Part shown: positions 55,701 to 58,236 of the stretch, in pieces | How positions within the stretch are numbered: position 1 is the first letter of the stretch | Layout of the letters: each line of letters opens with the position of its first letter | Source of the DNA: an uncultured Candidatus Saccharibacteria bacterium | GTDB lineage: Bacteria; Patescibacteriota; WWE3; UBA101185; UBA10185 | Direction of reading: 5' to 3' | Assembly: GCA_964387275.1 (NCBI GenBank) | Contig: CAYLVW010000002.1 | Location: 1 to 58,236 of the forward strand | DNA: 58,236 nt | Translations under genes and position numbers: made by a program | The notes under the pieces: generated by a model | Databases searched by the model: none | The model's input: only the letters and a program-made list of their open reading frames with translations | What the model was told of the DNA's origin: nothing

Positions 55701-55931
55701 CTCCTCGGGTAAACCCTTACTTATATCAGCGTTGTAAACGGCAAATTTAGGGTTATTAATAAGGTGGCTGATAAAATTTTCTTTGCCTGTTTTGAAATTA
55801 TCGACAACAACAACCCTTGCGTCTTTTTGCAAAAGGGTCTCACAAAGATGTGAACCTATAAAGCCTGCGCCACCTGCAATTAAAATAGTAGGGGCAAGAG
55901 CATTTTTTTTAATAACGCTCTTTTTGGGCAT
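52791..55931 (-). CDS. Fusion protein: N-terminal UXS/RmlB-like SDR domain - TM helix - C-terminal DUF4012 domain
   Basis: ILIAGGAGFIGSHL..VVVDNFKTGK, a TM helix LYLIFITLLFVGVVFVVIPV, and the DUF4012 hallmark NSNEIRPTGGFIGSYATLTL. Confidence 0.75.
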   Translation of the reverse strand: MPKKSVIKKNALAPTILIAGGAGFIGSHLCETLLQKDARVVVVDNFKTGKENFISHLINNPKFAVYNADISKGLPEEIESVDYIIHLAGLEEYLYSKIDINLDSLLTNALGTKNLLDLANRSLAKFLLVSTIDVYQGMISQIDLKKYFGDSAIEEKQYSQTEAKRFAEALVWEYYKKNNTNVRIVRVPEVFGPRMDYESTGELGRILRDVTDGHDLTIYGDGTEKQYYLYITDAVSGILKALFNPNTETKIYPLVDVDSYSPLEITFLIKGLANRELKVNFKPPYRELSTAPNIPDTSSLEDLGWDVKTSFREGVIKTLKWGGYDVNENSFKPGKLIDDLKKQKAVDFAQKSSLTPSSVGAVSSLVDIVDSNIPEKPNMLPKQPLIKSSLGGLFTKKTISLNTTSSVQSPPKVLPLSNNSTNLRKLPKLFGPLYLIFITLLFVGVVFVVIPVAQTFINAGRAVTEMARVREALTKLDSEASLQSARDAYAYFSKAQKSLNKIDWLFSISGKAKMYSSLSDLFSSLTYFSRFSYSFSKGAYPYTQVWDAVQPNNPNYLSEEEFSNVESSFISAKESLQFALTRSSTIDSTYLPDNLKDNVETYKQSLQDLSFYLEDVFQVASEVPKLLGTDSPKKYLVLFQNSNEIRPTGGFIGSYATLTLDKGKIKELNIDDIYNPDGQLDVKDIKFEPDTTLAEILKEDRAYIRNSNWDPDFRKSSEKILKLFFAATGQNFDGVIGVDLKFAESLLKVTGPVFLTAYNEEISAANMYERAQFHSEFNYKDGSNQKKSFLTVLGSKLLERVFSLEQKDMPLLFNEISSLFLSKDVLVYIPNTRVGGLLNKYGWDGSMRAYDKDYLYVVNSNVGGTKANYYVKNFMDYKVTSQTRDGVLRGELALTYEHTGTDSSWPSGPYTNYVRIYVPNDTKLTGAKVNTNNVFDDDVLEDIVEVVEGNYKYFAYLLKIEPTQRVIFTISYDLTKSAFIEKGTENYSLVWQKQPGTSDDSRVFTFSPPFGITIGTVSTNIISKDNVVTTTDTISADSKFQINFAN

Positions 55932-56122
55932 TTTGGGCAGAAAATAAACTCATACTCACATTTAAGTATATTTTTTAAGTTTGCTTTTTACAACAACTTG
56001 ATGTCTGGGTTAAAGAATAACTTAACCACTACACTAAATACCCCACCCCTAACGAGTAATTTTTTTCACCAAATTACAACTTAAAAGATTTTCCTATTGT
56101 TAGCCTATAAAACCGGGTGTAG

Positions 56123-56131
56123 TGGTAAAAT
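56123..56131 (+). promoter_or_regulatory. Extended -10 promoter (TGgTAAAAT) placed for a leaderless transcript of 56138..56749
   Basis: The -10 hexamer ends 6 nt before ATG 56138. There is no SD between them. Confidence 0.45.
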
Positions 56132-56137
56132 ATACAC

Positions 56138-56749
56138 ATGGAATTTAAGGAGCTTATAAATCTACTGAAAAAAAATCTGATATTTTTAGTTGTATTTGCT
56201 GCAAGTGGTACAGTAATAGGCGCAGCAATTATATACTATGTACCCGTAAAGTGGACCTCTAGTCAAACCTATATCGTAGAAAAACGATCTATAAAAGATA
56301 ACGAGACGTATTTCAATTACGACGGTTACTATGCCAATCAGGTCGGTATATCTTACACTAATAATTTAGCTAGTTTATTTGATAGCAGAGATATAAAAAT
56401 AAAAACGCTAGAAACATTACAAACGGATTTAATAGAAAAAAATATAGTAGATTTAAATAAGAACTTAAAAGTAAAAAAATTAGGACCACAGGTAATCCAA
56501 GTAACTTATCAAAATTTCAATAAGGAAAAAGCGGAAAGTGTATTAAACGCCTCAACTGAAAATGCTTTAAAATCCCTAACTGCATCTAACTGGGACTCCG
56601 GACTTGATATTACAATTACCAAAGTCAACGGTGACACTTCCGCAGTACAAAATTATATTAACCCTTATATAACTGTTGCTGGAACGACGATTATAACTAC
56701 TCTAGTAGCAATATTATTTTTAGTGATTAAGGAATATCTGAGCAAATGA
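56138..56749 (+). CDS. Wzz/chain-length-determinant-like (PCP) protein
   Basis: TM helices at both ends around a soluble helical domain. The N-terminus resembles a Wzz domain. Confidence 0.55.
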   Translation: MEFKELINLLKKNLIFLVVFAASGTVIGAAIIYYVPVKWTSSQTYIVEKRSIKDNETYFNYDGYYANQVGISYTNNLASLFDSRDIKIKTLETLQTDLIEKNIVDLNKNLKVKKLGPQVIQVTYQNFNKEKAESVLNASTENALKSLTASNWDSGLDITITKVNGDTSAVQNYINPYITVAGTTIITTLVAILFLVIKEYLSK

Positions 56750-57159
56750 TTTACTTAAATACAGATGGCGGGGCAAGAGGAAACCCAGGACCATCGGCAA
56801 CAGGTATTGTTATTTCAAGTGACAACGGAAAAATTCTGTATAACTTTGGCACCTATCTCGGAATTAAAACAAACAATGAAGCTGAATACGAAGCCTTAAT
56901 AGAAGGATTAAATTTTATTGTAAGTAAGAATTTGGATAAAGATGTTGAGTGCAGACTTGATAGTGAGCTTGTAGTAAAACAACTAAACGGCTTATATAAA
57001 GTAAAAAATGATAGGATGCTTACACTGTTTAATCAAGTTATGTCTTTAAAATCAAATCTTAAATTTGTAAAATTTTCGCATGTACTAAGATCTTCCAATA
57101 AATTGGCTGATCAGACTGTAAATAAAACACTAGATGAGCAAGAAAAAATCTCTCGTTAA
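56746..57159 (+). CDS. rnhA: Ribonuclease HI family protein
   Basis: DGGARGNPGPSA..NNEAEYEALIEGL..DSELVV..N..AD gives the DEDD-type residue order. ATGA overlap with the upstream gene. Confidence 0.8.
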   Translation: MIYLNTDGGARGNPGPSATGIVISSDNGKILYNFGTYLGIKTNNEAEYEALIEGLNFIVSKNLDKDVECRLDSELVVKQLNGLYKVKNDRMLTLFNQVMSLKSNLKFVKFSHVLRSSNKLADQTVNKTLDEQEKISR

Positions 57160-58093
57160 ACATTTAAAAAAAGCGCTTTTTAAGGCACCAAAACTAACAG
57201 ATAAAGAAGTTTCTGTTTTAAAAACTCTTTGGTATAAACAGATCTTTGATTGTCCAATGAGCTTGTATGAAATCTCATACTACCTAATAGGAGAGAAGGT
57301 GGATTCTTGGGAGGAGCTAAAAGCAATAGTTAACGGCCTGTTTAGAAAAGACCTAGTGGAATTTAAGTCTGGTAAATACTATTTAAAAAACACTAAGGAT
57401 CCAAATCTAAATTCAAAAAGAAATGACTCAATAGAACACATCAAAACTGCAGAATTAGCAGTAGGTCACCTTAGCAAGATACCATGGATTAAAATGATAT
57501 GTATTACAGGATCTGTGGCAGCATTGAATGCTAATAAAAACGACGATGTAGATTTATTCATAGTAACAGAGAGAAATAGAGCTTGGATAACTAGGCTTTT
57601 AGTGGTGGTTACCCTTAAGATAACCAACCTATATAGAACTAACACAAATTATGCTGGTAAGATTTGCCCAAACATAATAATAGATGGATCAAATTTGAAA
57701 TGGCCAGAAGCTAAGCAAACACTCTATACCGCAAATGAGATTATTATGATGAGACCTATATATGTAAAAGATGAGACGTATATAAAATTTATAGATTCTA
57801 ACTCATGGATAGAAAATTACTTTCCAAATTTTTATTGGGAAGGGCTTGTCGAAAACCCAAAAACACCTAAGAAGTTGGTACTTGAATTTGGATTTAGTAA
57901 AACTGGAGAGAGCAAGATTATAAACGTGGTAGAGTCACTTCTTAGATCTATGCAAAAAATGTACATGTACAAAAAGAAAACTACTGAAATTACTAAAGCA
58001 AATTTAATACATTTTAATAAAGTAGATTGGTCAACTAAAATTCTCGATGAATTTTCTGAGTTCAATCATATTTTAGAAATTACGCGTGGGTAG
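57134..58093 (+). CDS. Winged-helix plus Pol-beta-superfamily nucleotidyltransferase-like protein
   Basis: The N-terminal ~80 aa look wHTH-like. GSVAALNANKNDDVDLFIV fits the GS-x9-12-DxD minimal nucleotidyltransferase motif. Overlaps rnhA by 26 nt. Confidence 0.5.
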   Translation: MSKKKSLVKHLKKALFKAPKLTDKEVSVLKTLWYKQIFDCPMSLYEISYYLIGEKVDSWEELKAIVNGLFRKDLVEFKSGKYYLKNTKDPNLNSKRNDSIEHIKTAELAVGHLSKIPWIKMICITGSVAALNANKNDDVDLFIVTERNRAWITRLLVVVTLKITNLYRTNTNYAGKICPNIIIDGSNLKWPEAKQTLYTANEIIMMRPIYVKDETYIKFIDSNSWIENYFPNFYWEGLVENPKTPKKLVLEFGFSKTGESKIINVVESLLRSMQKMYMYKKKTTEITKANLIHFNKVDWSTKILDEFSEFNHILEITRG

Positions 58094-58183
58094 GTTTCTA
58101 TATTGTAGTGGTTTGACTTACTTAAAAGGTATTAAGCTAAGTTAGTATGCCGCTTCTTGTGTGTTTATTTGTGTAACTAGACA

Positions 58184-58236
58184 GGGCGGGGGCGCGGAAA
58201 GCCGCCCCCCCCCCCAAAAAAAAAAAAAAAAAAAAA
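58184..58236. repeat. G/C-rich then poly-C and poly-A tract at window end (probable artefact)
   Basis: GGGCGGGGGCGCGGAAAGCCGC, then C11, then A21, at the extreme 3' end. Confidence 0.7.

Noticed and set aside
1-58236. Looked for CRISPR arrays, transposases, integrases and IS inverted repeats.
   Set aside because: I saw no regularly spaced direct repeats, no DDE/serine/tyrosine recombinase-like ORFs and no cas-like genes on either strand.
1-58236. Alternative genetic code (UGA read as Gly/Trp, as in some CPR lineages).
   Set aside because: TGA terminates several well-recognised genes at their expected lengths and takes part in ATGA stop/start overlaps (4395, 24186, 40048, 56746). The standard code 11 therefore fits.

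Overview
This is a gene-dense, low-G+C window (low 30s % by eye) that uses the standard genetic code, since TGA acts as a stop in ATGA-type overlaps. Compact genes, many start/stop overlaps, a short RNase P RNA, a half-size TsaB, a MetRS without its tRNA-binding appendix and a DUF4012-type envelope protein together suggest a reduced-genome bacterium of the CPR/Patescibacteria type. That placement is inference, not a search result.

Contents, left to right:
- 0.2-8.5 kb: a sugar-modification locus with two GT2 genes, two SDR epimerases and a methyltransferase. It ends in an unrecognised X-Y-Y'-X' paralogue quartet.
- 8.5-20 kb: tsaB/tsaE, a VanZ-like gene, ftsE-ftsX plus a coiled-coil cysteine-peptidase gene, mltG, an orphan acidic-protein pair, rnpB, miaB-miaA and a stand-alone tRNA-binding protein.
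- 21-27.8 kb: rmuC, metG, a 2-hydroxyacid dehydrogenase, a DsbA-like fusion, nth and a 5'-3' exonuclease.
- 27.9-32.9 kb: a GT2 / UPF0104 / FAD-oxidoreductase / GT-C operon ending in a small lectin-like secreted protein.
- 32.9-37.7 kb: a Kef-type antiporter, tRNA-Ala, a GH1 glycosidase, YbjQ and a second GT-C-like membrane protein.
- 37.7-40.6 kb: four tRNAs bracketing a second acidic orphan protein pair.
- 40.7-47.7 kb: dnaG-rpoD, then rpmH-rnpA-yidD-[orphan]-yidC-jag-dnaN, with no dnaA.
- 47.8-55.9 kb: a chromosomal VirB3/VirB4-like three-gene module directly downstream of an SDR-DUF4012 fusion.
- 56.1-58.1 kb: a Wzz-like gene, an RNase HI gene and a wHTH-nucleotidyltransferase gene.

Best candidates for something undescribed:
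- the partner-less VirB3/VirB4 module with its unusual fusions;
- the two small-ORF plus acidic-protein pairs that share an N-terminal LEGx4LDA motif;
- the X-Y-Y'-X' quartet with its conserved hairpin repeats.

No CRISPR array, transposase or integrase was seen. Both window ends are homopolymer junk. All family assignments come from motif reading by eye; no database search was possible.
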